A DNA stretch of 64,000 nt from an uncultured delta proteobacterium (GCA_963713045.1 CAVQKE010000007.1:384001-448000), one strand, 5' to 3'. Counted from the stretch's first letter, positions 48,586-61,369 are shown. The notes: generated by a model not told the origin, from the sequence alone. Numbers and translations: made by a program.

Positions 48586-50010
48586 TTAAAAAACCACCTC
48601 CAAGGCACAGCGCTGCAGCAACGTCCACACCGCGTCCACGTCCTTGGGCCCGGTGTCCAGCGCGCCAATCGACACCCGAATCAGCTGGGTGCCCTTCACC
48701 ACCGCTGGGGTGACGTAGGCGCCGCCGGTGGCGTTGACGGCGTTGGCCAGCGCCAGGTTGTGGGCATTCACCTCGCCCGGCGTCCGCCCGGGCAACAGGT
48801 GGCGCAAGCACACCGTCTGCAGTGGTACCGGCGCACAGCGCTGCCAGGCGGGTCCGGCCGCATCCACGCGCGCGGCCAGTCCCTGGGCCAGCGCAATGTC
48901 CCGGCGCACCGCAGCGCGCAGCCCCTCGGCGCCGAGGGCCTGCAGCACAAACCACAGCTTCAGCGCGCGAAAGCGCCGTCCCAGGGGAATGCCCCAGTCT
49001 CGGAAATTCTTCACCTCGGCGTCGGCCGGGGTGCGCAGGTAGCTGGGGTGGGTGGACATGACGCGGAGAAGGTGCTGCACGTCCTGGACAAAGTAGGCGG
49101 TGCAGTCGAAGCCCACTCCCATCCACTTGTGGGGGTTAAACACCACGCTGTCGGCCGCCTCCACGCCGGCCCACATCCATCGCAATTCCGGGCACACCAT
49201 GGCGGTGCCGGCCAGGGCCGCGTCCACGTGCAGCCACAGGCCGTGGCGGGCAGCCACCTCGGCCACCGCTGCCACCGGGTCCAGCGCGGTGGTGGACGTC
49301 GTCCCGGTGGTGGCCACCACCGCGCACGGCACAAGGCCGGCCGCGGCGTCGGCGCTGACGGTGGCTTCCAGCGCTTCGGCCCGCAGGGCGTGCGCCTCGT
49401 CGGTGGGAAGAAAGCGCACGTAGTCCCGGCCGAAGCCCGCCAAAAGGGCGGCTTTCTCCACCGAGCTGTGTCCCATCGCCGAGGTGTAGACGACGAGGGG
49501 CGCGTGCGCTTCTTGAAGGCCTCCGCGGCCCAGCGCCAGCCCGGTGGACTTCTCGCGCGCACACAGCAGGGCCACCAGCGTGGAGGTGGAGGCCGTGTCC
49601 TGCAGTACGCCGGTAAAGGCGGCCGGAAGCCCCACCAGCTGCCGCAGCCACTCCAGCATGACTTCCTCCACCTCGGTGGCGGCGGGGCTGGTTTGCCAAC
49701 TCATGGCCTGCGCCCCAAGGCCCGCCGCCACCAAGTCCCCCAGCACCGAGGCAAGGTGCGTCTTGGCGGGGAAGTAGGCGAAGAAGCGCGGGTGGTTCCA
49801 GTGCGTCATGCCTGGCAGCACCACGCTGTCCAACAGGGGAAGCAAGTCCTCCAGCGCTCTGCCCACCTCCGGAGGCGCCACCGGCAGCTGCGCGCGAATG
49901 CTGCCCGGCGTGGCCCGCGACAGGACGGGCAGCTGGGGCAGCGCCTCGCGGTAGCGGGCCACCCACTCCACCAGCGCGTGGCCGAGCCGTCGGAATTCGT
50001 CGGGTGTCAC
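48586..50010 (-). CDS. PLP-dependent aromatic L-amino acid decarboxylase
   Basis: THWNHPRFFAYFP, SPAATE, LHVDAA, FNPHKW, LGRRFRALKLW. Confidence 0.92.
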   Translation of the reverse strand: MTPDEFRRLGHALVEWVARYREALPQLPVLSRATPGSIRAQLPVAPPEVGRALEDLLPLLDSVVLPGMTHWNHPRFFAYFPAKTHLASVLGDLVAAGLGAQAMSWQTSPAATEVEEVMLEWLRQLVGLPAAFTGVLQDTASTSTLVALLCAREKSTGLALGRGGLQEAHAPLVVYTSAMGHSSVEKAALLAGFGRDYVRFLPTDEAHALRAEALEATVSADAAAGLVPCAVVATTGTTSTTALDPVAAVAEVAARHGLWLHVDAALAGTAMVCPELRWMWAGVEAADSVVFNPHKWMGVGFDCTAYFVQDVQHLLRVMSTHPSYLRTPADAEVKNFRDWGIPLGRRFRALKLWFVLQALGAEGLRAAVRRDIALAQGLAARVDAAGPAWQRCAPVPLQTVCLRHLLPGRTPGEVNAHNLALANAVNATGGAYVTPAVVKGTQLIRVSIGALDTGPKDVDAVWTLLQRCALEVVF

Positions 50011-50203
50011 GGGACTTCCTCAACAGCAGTCAGGCCCTGCACTCTGCCATGCCCCTGGGGGCACCGGCTGCAGAGGCTGCACCCCCCGGGGGTGTCTGCT
50101 GTGCCCCGCGGCGGCCCCCAAGGTTGTCCCCCGGCTGCGGCGGAGGGGCTGCTACAGTGCAGACTTTCGCGGGCCACACACCAGCCCGGCTAGGGTGGAG
50201 AGA

Positions 50204-51244
50204 ATGCCTCGTTACGAGGTGCACATTCCCGGGGCCCAGCCAGACGGCCTCACCGTCACCTTCCGCGTCGACGCCCCCAACTGGATGCAGGCGCTGAAGA
50301 CGGGCTTTCTCAAGCTGGGTGAGACCGGCCTGGTGGTGCACAACGTCCTGGTTGACGTGGCTGACGACGGCTCACTGCATGTCACCGAGGGAGACAGCGG
50401 CCGCGTCTTCCGCATTCGAGAGCTGACCGAGGAAGAAGCAGCCCAGGCCAAGGTGAAGGCCCCGCCCGCGAAGCCCGCCGACCCCAGCGACGCGCCGACG
50501 CAGGTGGTGCGGCCGGAGGCCCTGGCGGCCCCAGCCCCGGCGAAGCCCGCAGCCCAGCCTGCACAGCCGGTGGTTTTTGCCAAGCCAGCCCCGGCGCCGG
50601 ACCGACCGGTGGGGCGAAGCACCCCGCGGGCCACACCCCTCTCCACCCCGGCGCTGGTGCTGCCCACCACGGTGGAGCTGACGGAGCCCACCCACCCGGT
50701 GCGGGGGGCCATTGGACGGACGCGGACGCCGGCCCCGGCGCGGGAGATGGACGACGTGCTGGCGGAAGTCTTCAACCGCGTGCAGGGCGTCTACCAGTAC
50801 CGAGAGGCGGCCAGCGGCCTCTATTTCCTGCTGGACTTGGCACTCGAAAAAATTCCGGCCGAGGCCGGCAGTGCCCTTTCCTCGGAGCTCATCACCGGCA
50901 CCCTGCGCTTCGTCGCGGTGCGCGGGCCGAAGGCCAAGGACATTCTGGAGGCCCGCGCCCTCATCCCGTCAGGACAGGGCATTGCCGGCTTCTGCACCGC
51001 AGAAGGTGTCAGCCTCGCGCTTTCGGACGTGCACCGGGACCGGCGCTGGTACTCAGCCATTGCCGACCGGCTGCAGTATGAAACCCGCAGCCTCCTCTGC
51101 TCGCCGATGGTCAGCGCCGGCCGGGCGTACGGGTGCCTGGAACTCATCAACCGAAAAAACTCCTCCACCTTCACCGACCAGGAGGTGGGCCTGCTCGCCT
51201 ACATCGCCCACCAGGGCGCCCTCTTCCTCCACGCCCTGGGCTAG
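50204..51244 (+). CDS. GAF domain protein with N-terminal myxobacterial domain
   Basis: GQGIAGF..DVHRD..TRSLLCSP..GCLELINRK..FT GAF motif. Confidence 0.8.
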   Translation: MPRYEVHIPGAQPDGLTVTFRVDAPNWMQALKTGFLKLGETGLVVHNVLVDVADDGSLHVTEGDSGRVFRIRELTEEEAAQAKVKAPPAKPADPSDAPTQVVRPEALAAPAPAKPAAQPAQPVVFAKPAPAPDRPVGRSTPRATPLSTPALVLPTTVELTEPTHPVRGAIGRTRTPAPAREMDDVLAEVFNRVQGVYQYREAASGLYFLLDLALEKIPAEAGSALSSELITGTLRFVAVRGPKAKDILEARALIPSGQGIAGFCTAEGVSLALSDVHRDRRWYSAIADRLQYETRSLLCSPMVSAGRAYGCLELINRKNSSTFTDQEVGLLAYIAHQGALFLHALG

Positions 51245-52299
51245 TCCTCCACCGGCCCGCCCGGCTTCATCACCTCGTCCAGCAGCACCGTGGCATAGCT
51301 TCCCCGCGGAAGCCGGAAGGCCAGCCAGACGTCCCGGCCCTCGCGCTCCACCTGCACCGCGCCCACCGGAACGGCGTAGGGCCGCCGCGCCCCTTCGGTT
51401 TCACCCTTCCCTGTCCGCAGCGCCCCCTCCGGAAGCCCCTCGGCGGCCAGCAGCTGCGCTTCCGCCGCAGCCACCTCCCCGGTGGGCAGCGGTTTGACTT
51501 TCCAGCCAAACATCGGCCCGGTGGGGGACACCTCAAGGCTGTCCACCCGCGGCTGCTCCCGTGCCACGTCTTCGCAGAGGAAGAGGCCTCCCGAGTCCGC
51601 CCGGCGCAGCACGTCCCCCAGCAGCGCCCGGCCGTAGGTGGCCGCCCCAAGGCGCGCCGCCAGGGCCCGGTTGAAGAGGAGTGACTGGTAGGCGGACAGG
51701 TACAGACGCCGCTGCAGCCTGTCCAGCCGTCCCGGCAGGCGCTGGCCGAGGAGGAGGGCGCGGCCGCGCGCGGCATTCTCCTGGCTCCGGCCGAAGCGCT
51801 GCGGGCCGAAGTAATTGGGCAGCCCCTGTTGACTCAGCGCCTTTAGGACAGCGGCGGCCGCCTCGGGGCTGTGCGGCTCGCGCAGTCGGATGCGGAAGGC
51901 ATTCCCCCACAGCTGCCCGGTGCGCAACTTTCTCTCGGTGCGCTCTGTCCGCAGCACCTGGACGCCCTCCAGGCCCAGCGGGGCGAGGGGCCCACTGCGC
52001 GGGTGCGGGACGGTGAAGGCCTGCTGGGTGATGGCCTGCTTGTCCTTCAGGCCGGCATAGCCCACCTCGCGGACGTCCACCGACGCTGCCCGGGCCAGCG
52101 CCCGCGCCACCTCGGCCGTCTCGACAGTGCGCTTCTGCACCCACAGCCAGAGGTGCTCGCCGCTGCCGGTGGGCGCAAACGCCGGCACCTCCTCCACCCA
52201 GAAGTCCTCGGGCGCCTGCTTCAGCCGTCCGCCGGTGCCGGGCAGCCCGGTGGTGAGGCGGGGCCACTTCCAGGCGTCCTCTGCGCTTGGACGCGTCAC
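51241..52299 (-). CDS. truD: tRNA pseudouridine(13) synthase TruD
   Basis: PEDFWVEE, GYAGLKDKQAITQQ, GNAFRIRLR, PNYFGPQRFG, LPRGSYAT. Confidence 0.94.
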   Translation of the reverse strand: MTRPSAEDAWKWPRLTTGLPGTGGRLKQAPEDFWVEEVPAFAPTGSGEHLWLWVQKRTVETAEVARALARAASVDVREVGYAGLKDKQAITQQAFTVPHPRSGPLAPLGLEGVQVLRTERTERKLRTGQLWGNAFRIRLREPHSPEAAAAVLKALSQQGLPNYFGPQRFGRSQENAARGRALLLGQRLPGRLDRLQRRLYLSAYQSLLFNRALAARLGAATYGRALLGDVLRRADSGGLFLCEDVAREQPRVDSLEVSPTGPMFGWKVKPLPTGEVAAAEAQLLAAEGLPEGALRTGKGETEGARRPYAVPVGAVQVEREGRDVWLAFRLPRGSYATVLLDEVMKPGGPVED

Positions 52300-53567
52300 T
52301 CGCCCAGGCCCGCGAGCAGCTCCTTCACCCTTCGGGCCAGCTCCTCATCGGCGCGCGACTCAAGCAGCTCGCCGGCTTGGAAGAGGAGAAAAAACATGAC
52401 GTCGCTGAGGGCCGTCCGCAGGCTGGCCACCGGTTCGCTGCCCAGCGCGCCCTTGGTGCGGGCGAAGCCCTCCAGAAGGGCCCGCTCCGGCAGCCGGCCG
52501 TCGCGGGCAAACTGCAGCCCCCTTAGCCCTGGAAAGGCGGTGAGGGACTGGCCAGCCAGCGCCGCGTTGGCGGCCTTGAGAAAGCCCGGTCCCCGGCCCT
52601 GCTTGGCCACTTCCGCCAGCACCTCGGCAAAAATGGCGTTGAAGGTCTCCACCACCGCCACCGCTGGGTCGGCGCTGGCCGCGGCCGTCGGCAGCCCTTC
52701 GGCGCTACTGACTTCGGACACCGAGGCGTAGCCGCCTTCCAGCAGGCGGAACAGCACCTTGGTGGCCTCAAATTCACTCAGCTTGGCCAGCGCCGCCAGC
52801 TCCAGCACGGTGTGGCGGCCGGTGGCCAGCCCCAAAAGCTGGTCCTCGTCCGGGTGCAGCTTGCCGTCGCTGGGGCGCTTTTTGGTGACGTACAGCCGCC
52901 CATGGGGAATGCGGCCGCGAAAGTGCGCCAGCTCGTCAATTTTGCGGACGGCGTCCATCAGAAGACTCTGCGTCGACAGCTGGACGTTGGACTGCAGCCG
53001 CTCGTCCAGGTCCTGGTCCACCAGGACGAAGACGCCCTCCCGGGCCAGGACAATGGCGTGAAAAATGTCGCTCACCTGGTGGTTGACGGCGGCCCACAGC
53101 TGGTGCGCTTGCAGCACGCCTCGGTCCACCAGCGCCCGGCCCACCTTGGACGGGGGGACGTCACGGAGTGCCGCGTCCACGCGGGCCCGGCTGGCCAGGC
53201 CCAACCGCACCAGCACTTCGCTGAGGCGGTCCGCCGCGTCCTCGCTGGCGGCGCCCCGCACCTCGCCGTCCTTGAGGGCCACGCTGCGTTCACCGTTGGC
53301 GGTGTACACGCGCAGCACGCCGCTCCAGCGGGAATGGCCGAGGAAAGCGATGAGGTCACTCACCGGAAAGCCGCCCGCTTCCCCCAGCAGCACCACCCGC
53401 GGTGACGGGGCGCGGCCCCCCTGCAGGGGCACCCGCAGCGCGCACAGCAAGTCGAATGCCGTGGGGACCAGGAGGTAGCGCCCGCCGCGCTGGGCCAGCT
53501 CGGCGGCCATCTCGGGTGAGTCCGGCTTCAGTCCTCCCCGGGCGTCAATGGTGAAGCGCGACGTCAC
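52296..53567 (-). CDS. DUF4388 domain protein
   Basis: GEAGGFPVSDLIAFL..SGVL..DGEVRGAAS..RL.EVL; GTGA coupling to the DsbA gene. Confidence 0.75.
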   Translation of the reverse strand: MTSRFTIDARGGLKPDSPEMAAELAQRGGRYLLVPTAFDLLCALRVPLQGGRAPSPRVVLLGEAGGFPVSDLIAFLGHSRWSGVLRVYTANGERSVALKDGEVRGAASEDAADRLSEVLVRLGLASRARVDAALRDVPPSKVGRALVDRGVLQAHQLWAAVNHQVSDIFHAIVLAREGVFVLVDQDLDERLQSNVQLSTQSLLMDAVRKIDELAHFRGRIPHGRLYVTKKRPSDGKLHPDEDQLLGLATGRHTVLELAALAKLSEFEATKVLFRLLEGGYASVSEVSSAEGLPTAAASADPAVAVVETFNAIFAEVLAEVAKQGRGPGFLKAANAALAGQSLTAFPGLRGLQFARDGRLPERALLEGFARTKGALGSEPVASLRTALSDVMFFLLFQAGELLESRADEELARRVKELLAGLGE

Positions 53568-54448
53568 TTCGGGGTGTCCACCGCCCAACTGCCCTGGTGC
53601 GACTGAAAGTCCAGCTCGTCCTCGAGGGTGAGTTCGAGCATGTTGGCCTGGGGGAGGAAGTCCACTTTCCGCCCGTTGAAGTACACCGTCGGCGTCCCCT
53701 GGACGCCAGCCGCCAGGCCGGCGTCCCGCAGGCGCTCCAACTCGGCGCGGTACACCTCCTCGGCCAGTGCCTTGGCCCAGGCGTCCGCCGGCAGCCCGGC
53801 CTTCACCACCACCTCGCGGATGACGTCGGGGGACATGCGTGCCTGGTTTTCGAAGAGGCCGTCATGCACCGGCCAAAACTTGCCGCGGTCTCGCGCGAAG
53901 AGGGCCGCCTGTCCGGCCGGCAGGGCGTTGGGGTGCTGCGGCAACGGGAAGGGCAGGTAGCACAGCCGCACCTGGGCTGCGTGCTCCTTGACGAATTTCT
54001 CGAGGATGGGCCGGCTGGCGCCGCAGATGGGGCATTCGAAGTCCGCGTATTCGGCAAGCGTCACCGGGGCATGCGGGTCGCCCTGGCACATTCTGTCGTC
54101 CACCGGCAGCTTGGCCCGCGGCTGCTGGAAAGACAGGTTGTAGCGCGCCAGGACGACACCCAGCTCGGCCGCGGTCGCGCCGCGCTCAGCCAGAATCGCC
54201 GCCAGCTGCACCTCCCGGCGCGAGTGCCGGCAGCCTTGGTGCGTCTGAATGCAGCTGGCCAGCGTGTGCGGCGCACCGCAGCCGCAAAACTCCTCGCCCA
54301 TGGCCTGCGTCACTTCCCGCCGGGCCGAATCGGAAAGCGAGGAGAGGTCCAACGGCGGCGCCTCATTCGCCGCCGGCGGTGACGCGGCCGCCGCCGCACC
54401 GCTTGCCAACACCAGCACCACCAAGAGAGGCGTCGTCCCGTGCCGCAT
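53564..54448 (-). CDS. DsbA-family thioredoxin-domain protein
   Basis: Signal peptide, EYADFECPIC, FPLPQHPNA, GVQGTPT. Confidence 0.87.
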   Translation of the reverse strand: MRHGTTPLLVVLVLASGAAAAASPPAANEAPPLDLSSLSDSARREVTQAMGEEFCGCGAPHTLASCIQTHQGCRHSRREVQLAAILAERGATAAELGVVLARYNLSFQQPRAKLPVDDRMCQGDPHAPVTLAEYADFECPICGASRPILEKFVKEHAAQVRLCYLPFPLPQHPNALPAGQAALFARDRGKFWPVHDGLFENQARMSPDVIREVVVKAGLPADAWAKALAEEVYRAELERLRDAGLAAGVQGTPTVYFNGRKVDFLPQANMLELTLEDELDFQSHQGSWAVDTPK

Positions 54449-54544
54449 GGCGTGACTTCTCGCCAGCGCGCGTGGGCCTTGTCAAGCAGCCCTCCTCTGT
54501 GGAACGCCTGTCACCCCGGCCCCAGTCGTCGTCCTTGGCCCCCC

Positions 54545-55531
54545 ATGCGCAAGACTGTCCTCCTCCTGCACACCGGCGGCACCCTGGGCATGGTGGGCGG
54601 CCGCCCGCATAGCTTGCGGCCGGCGCCGTTTGCCGAGGCCCTGCGCGCGCGCGTCCCGGAATTGACCGAGCTGGCCAACATTGAGCTGGAATTGTTCAGC
54701 AATGTGGACAGCAGCGAAGTGCAGCCCGAGGACTGGGTGCGTCTGGCCCAGCGCCTCTACCAGCGCCTCCCCGAGGTGGACGGCGCCGTGGTCACGCACG
54801 GGACGGACACCCTGGCCTTCACCGCCAGCGCCCTCTCCTTCCTGTTGCCGGGGCTGCGTCGGCCGGTGGTGTTGACCGGCTCCCAGCGGCCACTGCAGGA
54901 GGTGCGCAGCGACGCCCGCCTCAACCTGATTGACGCTGTCACCTCCGCCCTGCGGGGTCCGCCGGAGGTGACGGTGTGCTTCGACAGTCACCTCTATCGC
55001 GGCAACCGGACGCTGAAGGTGAAGGTGTCGGAATATGACGCCTTCGCCAGCCCCAACTTTCCCCCGCTCGGCACCTTGGGCGTGCACACCCACTTTCTGC
55101 CTGGGCTACGGCCGCGCGGGCGGCCGAAGCTTTTGCAGCGGCTCGAGCCGCGCGTCTTCCTCCTCAAAGCCTTCCCTGGGCTCGACCCGAGCCTCCCGCT
55201 GCTGTTGCTACCCCATGTCCGGGGCCTGGTGGTGGAGGCCTACGGCGCCGGCAACGTGCCGGTCGAGGCCGGCCGCTCGCTGCTGCCCTTTTTTCGCGCG
55301 GCCCGGGCGCGCGCCATCCCAGTGCTGGTCATCAGCCAAGCGCCTCGCAACGCAGTGGAGCTGGGCCTGTACCAGGGCGGGACGGCCATCCGCGAGGAAG
55401 GCGCGCTGGACGGCGGAGACCTCACCGCCCCGGCCGCTGTCACCAAACTGATGTGTGCGCTGGCGCTGTACCAGGACCGGGCCGCCCTGCGGCGCTACCT
55501 AGAGACGTCGGTCGCCGGAGAGCGCAGCTAG
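54545..55531 (+). CDS. ansA: L-asparaginase (type I)
   Basis: HTGGTLGM, DSSEV, THGTDTL, PVVLTGSQ, YGAGN. Confidence 0.9.
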   Translation: MRKTVLLLHTGGTLGMVGGRPHSLRPAPFAEALRARVPELTELANIELELFSNVDSSEVQPEDWVRLAQRLYQRLPEVDGAVVTHGTDTLAFTASALSFLLPGLRRPVVLTGSQRPLQEVRSDARLNLIDAVTSALRGPPEVTVCFDSHLYRGNRTLKVKVSEYDAFASPNFPPLGTLGVHTHFLPGLRPRGRPKLLQRLEPRVFLLKAFPGLDPSLPLLLLPHVRGLVVEAYGAGNVPVEAGRSLLPFFRAARARAIPVLVISQAPRNAVELGLYQGGTAIREEGALDGGDLTAPAAVTKLMCALALYQDRAALRRYLETSVAGERS

Positions 55532-55541
55532 CGCCCCACCG

Positions 55542-55901
55542 CTACGGGCAGAGGCTGGTGGGCGTGCAACTGGCCGGCTGGCTGGGCTGCCCGCCGGTGA
55601 AGTCGCTGCACGGCAGATTGTTGACGGCGTTGATGCAAGCCTGTGCCGCGCTGCTGCTGTAGGTGCCCCCGCTGGGGCAGGCAATGGTGGCGCAGTTCGC
55701 CGCGTTTTCGGCCTGGGTGGTACAGCTCGCCTCTGTCCCGAAGGCCGCCGTGGCTGCTGCCAGGTCGCAACTGAAGAAGCGGCTGCAGATGGCGCTTGCC
55801 GCGGACTGGCAGGCCGCGGTGGGCGTCGAGGTGTCCACCGTGCTGCTGGAACAGGCGGCCAGTCCGGCCAATGCAGTGACGGCGAGGAAGGCGGTGCGCA
55901 T
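55542..55901 (-). CDS. Small Cys-rich lipoprotein
   Basis: Lipobox LAA-C, about 10 further Cys, RBS GGAG. Confidence 0.7.
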   Translation of the reverse strand: MRTAFLAVTALAGLAACSSSTVDTSTPTAACQSAASAICSRFFSCDLAAATAAFGTEASCTTQAENAANCATIACPSGGTYSSSAAQACINAVNNLPCSDFTGGQPSQPASCTPTSLCP

Positions 55902-56214
55902 GGGAAGCTCCAATTTCAGAAAAAAAGTGCCAGGGCACCCTACCTCGCCCGTCCAAAGGACTGGGAATGGACGCCTTCATCCCCCGCGGGGGGGGTGACG
56001 GTGAAGACAACGTCCCGATGTCGGGCCCCTGGGGGGGGCCCGGTGCTTTCTTCAAAGCCGCGCCGTACCCCCTTGCGTTCCTCGCGCCTTTGCGGGCAAG
56101 AGTGCGTCCCCCGCCGAGGCAAGGGCAGACGACGGCCCTCGCAGGTGCCAGCTGAAGTGTCCGGGGTGAAGGTGGCACGGCGCGGGGTGACTTGAGAGGA
56201 GGTGAGAGGCACCT

Positions 56215-56409
56215 GTGGCAGGCATTCGAGTGAAGGAAGGCGAATCCATTGAGAGCGCCCTCAAGCGCTTCAAGAAGGCCACCGAGAAGGCCGGCATCCT
56301 CTCCGAAATCCGCAAACGCGAGCACTACGAGAAGCCCTCGGTGAAGCGGAAGAAGAAGGCCCTCGCGGCGAAGAAGCGCGCGGTGAAGAAGCAGCGAAAG
56401 ACGTACTAG
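56215..56409 (+). CDS. rpsU: 30S ribosomal protein S21
   Basis: [24 protein letters not shown]. Confidence 0.97.
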   Translation: MAGIRVKEGESIESALKRFKKATEKAGILSEIRKREHYEKPSVKRKKKALAAKKRAVKKQRKTY

Positions 56410-56529
56410 GGGCCGTTGGAGGCCCCCCGCCCGGCAACGACCATTGGGGAGCGGCGCTTGAGCGTCGCTCCCCCTGCAGGCCGGGGGGGATGCGACAGCA
56501 GCCACCGAAAGCGAGGTACCCTCAAGGCC

Positions 56530-56985
56530 ATGGCCACCCTCAAAGAGCGCATTGACCAGGAGCTGAAGGACGCGATGCGCAGCAGGGAAGAGCTCACCAC
56601 CAGCGTCCTTCGCATGTTGAAGAGCGCGGTGAAGTACAAAGAGGTGGAGCCCGGCGCCAAGGCGCTGGACGACGCCGGCGTGCTGCAAGTCATCGCCACC
56701 CTCATCAAACAGCGGCGAGACTCCGTGGAGCAGTTCCGCAGCGGAAACCGCGATGACTTGGCCGACAAGGAAGAGCGCGAAATTGTGGTGCTGCAGCGCT
56801 ACCTCCCCCAGCAGCTGTCCAAAGAGGAGCTGCTGGCTGAGGTGAAGGCCGCCGTCAGCGCCACCGGCGCACGCGGGCCGAAGGACATGGGTGCCGTGAT
56901 GAAGGCCCTCCTGCCGAAGGTGCAGGGGCGAGCCGAGGGCAAGGCCGTCAGCGAGGCGGTGAAGGCAGCCTTGGCCGCGCTGTAG
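56530..56985 (+). CDS. yqeY: GatB/YqeY domain protein
   Basis: LKERIDQELKDAMR, KQRRDS, YLPQQLS, KDMGAVM, GRAEGK. Confidence 0.93.
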   Translation: MATLKERIDQELKDAMRSREELTTSVLRMLKSAVKYKEVEPGAKALDDAGVLQVIATLIKQRRDSVEQFRSGNRDDLADKEEREIVVLQRYLPQQLSKEELLAEVKAAVSATGARGPKDMGAVMKALLPKVQGRAEGKAVSEAVKAALAAL

Positions 56986-57041
56986 CGGAAAGGCCCCCCT
57001 GGGGGGCTGCGGGCGGTCAGTCGGTTGCAGTAGCGTGGACG

Positions 57042-58847
57042 GTGAAGCCGCCGCAGGGACAGACGTTGATTCCAGAGCAGAAAATCGACGAGGTGCTGGA
57101 GCGCGTCGACTTGGTCGCGCTGGTGGGCCGCCACGTCGAGCTGAAAAAGTCCGGCCGAAGCTTCAAGGGGCGCTGCCCCTTCCACGAAGAGAAGAGCGCC
57201 TCCTTTTACGTGACGCCGGAGCTCAAGCGCTTCAAGTGCTTTGGCTGCCAGGCGGGCGGGGACGCCATTGCCTTCCTGCAGCGCTACCAGGGGAAGTCCT
57301 TCGTCGACGCCGTGCGCGACCTCGCCCGCGAAGTGGGGGTGGAGTTGCAGGGTCCGGACGACCCAAGCGCCCGCGAGCGCCAGCAGCTACGCGAGGTGAC
57401 GGCGCTGGCCCAAACGCACTTCCAGCGCCTGTTGTGGGAGCCGGCTGAGGGCCGCCCAGCACGCGAGGCGTTGGCCGCCCGGGGCGTCTCCGACGAGACG
57501 GCGCGGGCCTTCGGCCTCGGCTGGGCACCGGAAGGGTGGACGCGCCTCTCCGAGGAATTGGTCCGACAGGGAATGCTGGAGCCAGGCCTGCAAGCTGGCC
57601 TGGTGCAGCGGCGCACCAAGGGGGAAGGCACCTACGACGTTTTCCGCGGCCGGCTGATGGTGCCCATCCGCGCCCCGGACGGCCGGCCCTTGGCCTTCGG
57701 CGGCCGGCTGCTGCTTGGCGAGCAAGGGCCGAAGTACCTCAACTCGCGCGAGTCGCGCCTCTACAACAAGAGCGACACCCTGTATGCGCTGGACATGGCG
57801 CAGCACGAGGTCCGCCGACAGCACATGGCCGTCCTGGTGGAGGGCTACTTTGACGCCATGGCGCTGCACCAGGCGGGCCTCCGGACAGCCGTGGCGCTGT
57901 GTTCAACGGCCCTCACCCCGGGCCACCTCGAGGTGCTGCGGCGCGCCGAGGCGCGCGAGCTGGTCCTGCTTCTGGACGGCGACGCCGCGGGCCGCTCGGC
58001 GGTGGAACGCCTCGCCGGGCCCCTCCTCGGCGCCGGGGCCAATACCCGGGTGGCCCTGCTGCCGGAGGGGGAAGACCCCGACACCTTTGCCCGCCGGACC
58101 GGGGAGAGTGGACTGCGCACGCTGCTGACTCAGGCCCGGCCGCTCAGCGAATACCTGCTTTTCAGCCTCCTCCCGGACGGCGCCGCCGCGGGCTTCGAAG
58201 GGAAAATGGAGGCCCTGGAGCGCCTCAAGCCGGTGCTGGCCCACCTCCAACCGGGCCTCATCCGCACCGCCTTCCTCGCGGCAATGGCCCGCGGCTTCGG
58301 CCTGCCGGCCTTTGAGTTGGAGGCGGCCCTGCGCGGCCGGGTGGAACCCGCCCGGGCCATCCCCCGGCCAGTCCCTGCCGCCCCCCCGGCCCGCCCCGTG
58401 GACGCGGTGGAGGCCGCCCTCGTCGCAGCCGCCCTCCGCCAGCCGGCCCTCCTCGAGGAAGGAGGGGCGCACAGCACCGATGAGTTGGTGCACCACGCCG
58501 GGCTGCGCATCATCCTCGCCCGGCTGCAGGGCGGTGTCCCCTCGGCCGACGCCCTGGACGAGCTGCCGACCCGGCTGCTGGACGTGGTGGCCGCCCAAGG
58601 GCGCACCCTCCCCACCGACGAGGCGCCCTTGGCGGAGGCCTTCGCCCGCCTTTGCCGCCGGCTGAAATTGCGTCGCATTGACGAAGCACTCACCCACATC
58701 GCCCGGGTGACGGGCGAACACGCCTCAGCGCATGAACTGGACGAGGACACGCGCCGACTCCAAGCTGAGCGGGTGGAACTGCTCGGGCTGCGCCGCCGCG
58801 TCCTTGGCGAAGGGCGCGCTTCGGCACCCGGTTTCGAGTCGGTTTGA
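57042..58847 (+). CDS. dnaG: DNA primase
   Basis: CPFHEEK..CFGC zinc finger, FGGR, KYLNS, VEGYFD, DGDAAG, GEDPD; start 57042 or TTG 57066. Confidence 0.95.
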   Translation: MKPPQGQTLIPEQKIDEVLERVDLVALVGRHVELKKSGRSFKGRCPFHEEKSASFYVTPELKRFKCFGCQAGGDAIAFLQRYQGKSFVDAVRDLAREVGVELQGPDDPSARERQQLREVTALAQTHFQRLLWEPAEGRPAREALAARGVSDETARAFGLGWAPEGWTRLSEELVRQGMLEPGLQAGLVQRRTKGEGTYDVFRGRLMVPIRAPDGRPLAFGGRLLLGEQGPKYLNSRESRLYNKSDTLYALDMAQHEVRRQHMAVLVEGYFDAMALHQAGLRTAVALCSTALTPGHLEVLRRAEARELVLLLDGDAAGRSAVERLAGPLLGAGANTRVALLPEGEDPDTFARRTGESGLRTLLTQARPLSEYLLFSLLPDGAAAGFEGKMEALERLKPVLAHLQPGLIRTAFLAAMARGFGLPAFELEAALRGRVEPARAIPRPVPAAPPARPVDAVEAALVAAALRQPALLEEGGAHSTDELVHHAGLRIILARLQGGVPSADALDELPTRLLDVVAAQGRTLPTDEAPLAEAFARLCRRLKLRRIDEALTHIARVTGEHASAHELDEDTRRLQAERVELLGLRRRVLGEGRASAPGFESV

Positions 58848-58931
58848 AATCCAAAGGCCTGCGCGCTAGATCCGCGTGTTCACCCTGATTTTCCCGCCTC
58901 GCCCCTCTCCACCCCAAGGCAACCCCTCGTT

Positions 58932-61010
<2,079 letters not shown>

Positions 61011-61042
61011 CGCCCAAGGCCCTCCTGCCGCTGCCCACCAGG

Positions 61043-61369
61043 GTGTCCCGCGTGGTGCGCGCCATCCCCAAGGGCACTGTCCTCTCGTACTCGCGGGTGG
61101 CGGTGTTGGCCGGAATGCCGGGGCGCGCTCGGTTGGTGGGAAAGCTACTCGCCTTGTGCGGCCCTGGCCTGCCCTGGTGGCGGGTGGTGCGCGCCGACCG
61201 CACCCTGGCCGAGCCGGTGGCCAGCGTCCAGGCCCGACACCTCCGGGCGGAGGGCGTCCGCCTCCGCGGCGCCCGGGTGCCGCTGGCCTCCGTCCTGGCC
61301 GTGGCCGACGCCCGGCTGCTGCGCGCGCTGCAGCGCAGCCGCCTGGAGGCCCAACGCCGTCGCAGCTGA
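61043..61369 (+). CDS. Alkyltransferase-like (ATL/YbaZ) DNA-binding protein
   Basis: IPKG.V.SY..VA..G..ARLVG, PWWRVV (Trp in place of catalytic Cys), Q...L..EGV; may start at CTG 61007. Confidence 0.8.
   Translation: MSRVVRAIPKGTVLSYSRVAVLAGMPGRARLVGKLLALCGPGLPWWRVVRADRTLAEPVASVQARHLRAEGVRLRGARVPLASVLAVADARLLRALQRSRLEAQRRRS

Noticed and set aside
55914..56214. GC hairpins upstream of rpsU as a possible ncRNA or riboswitch
   Set aside because: No recognisable family motif; hairpins are common at this GC content
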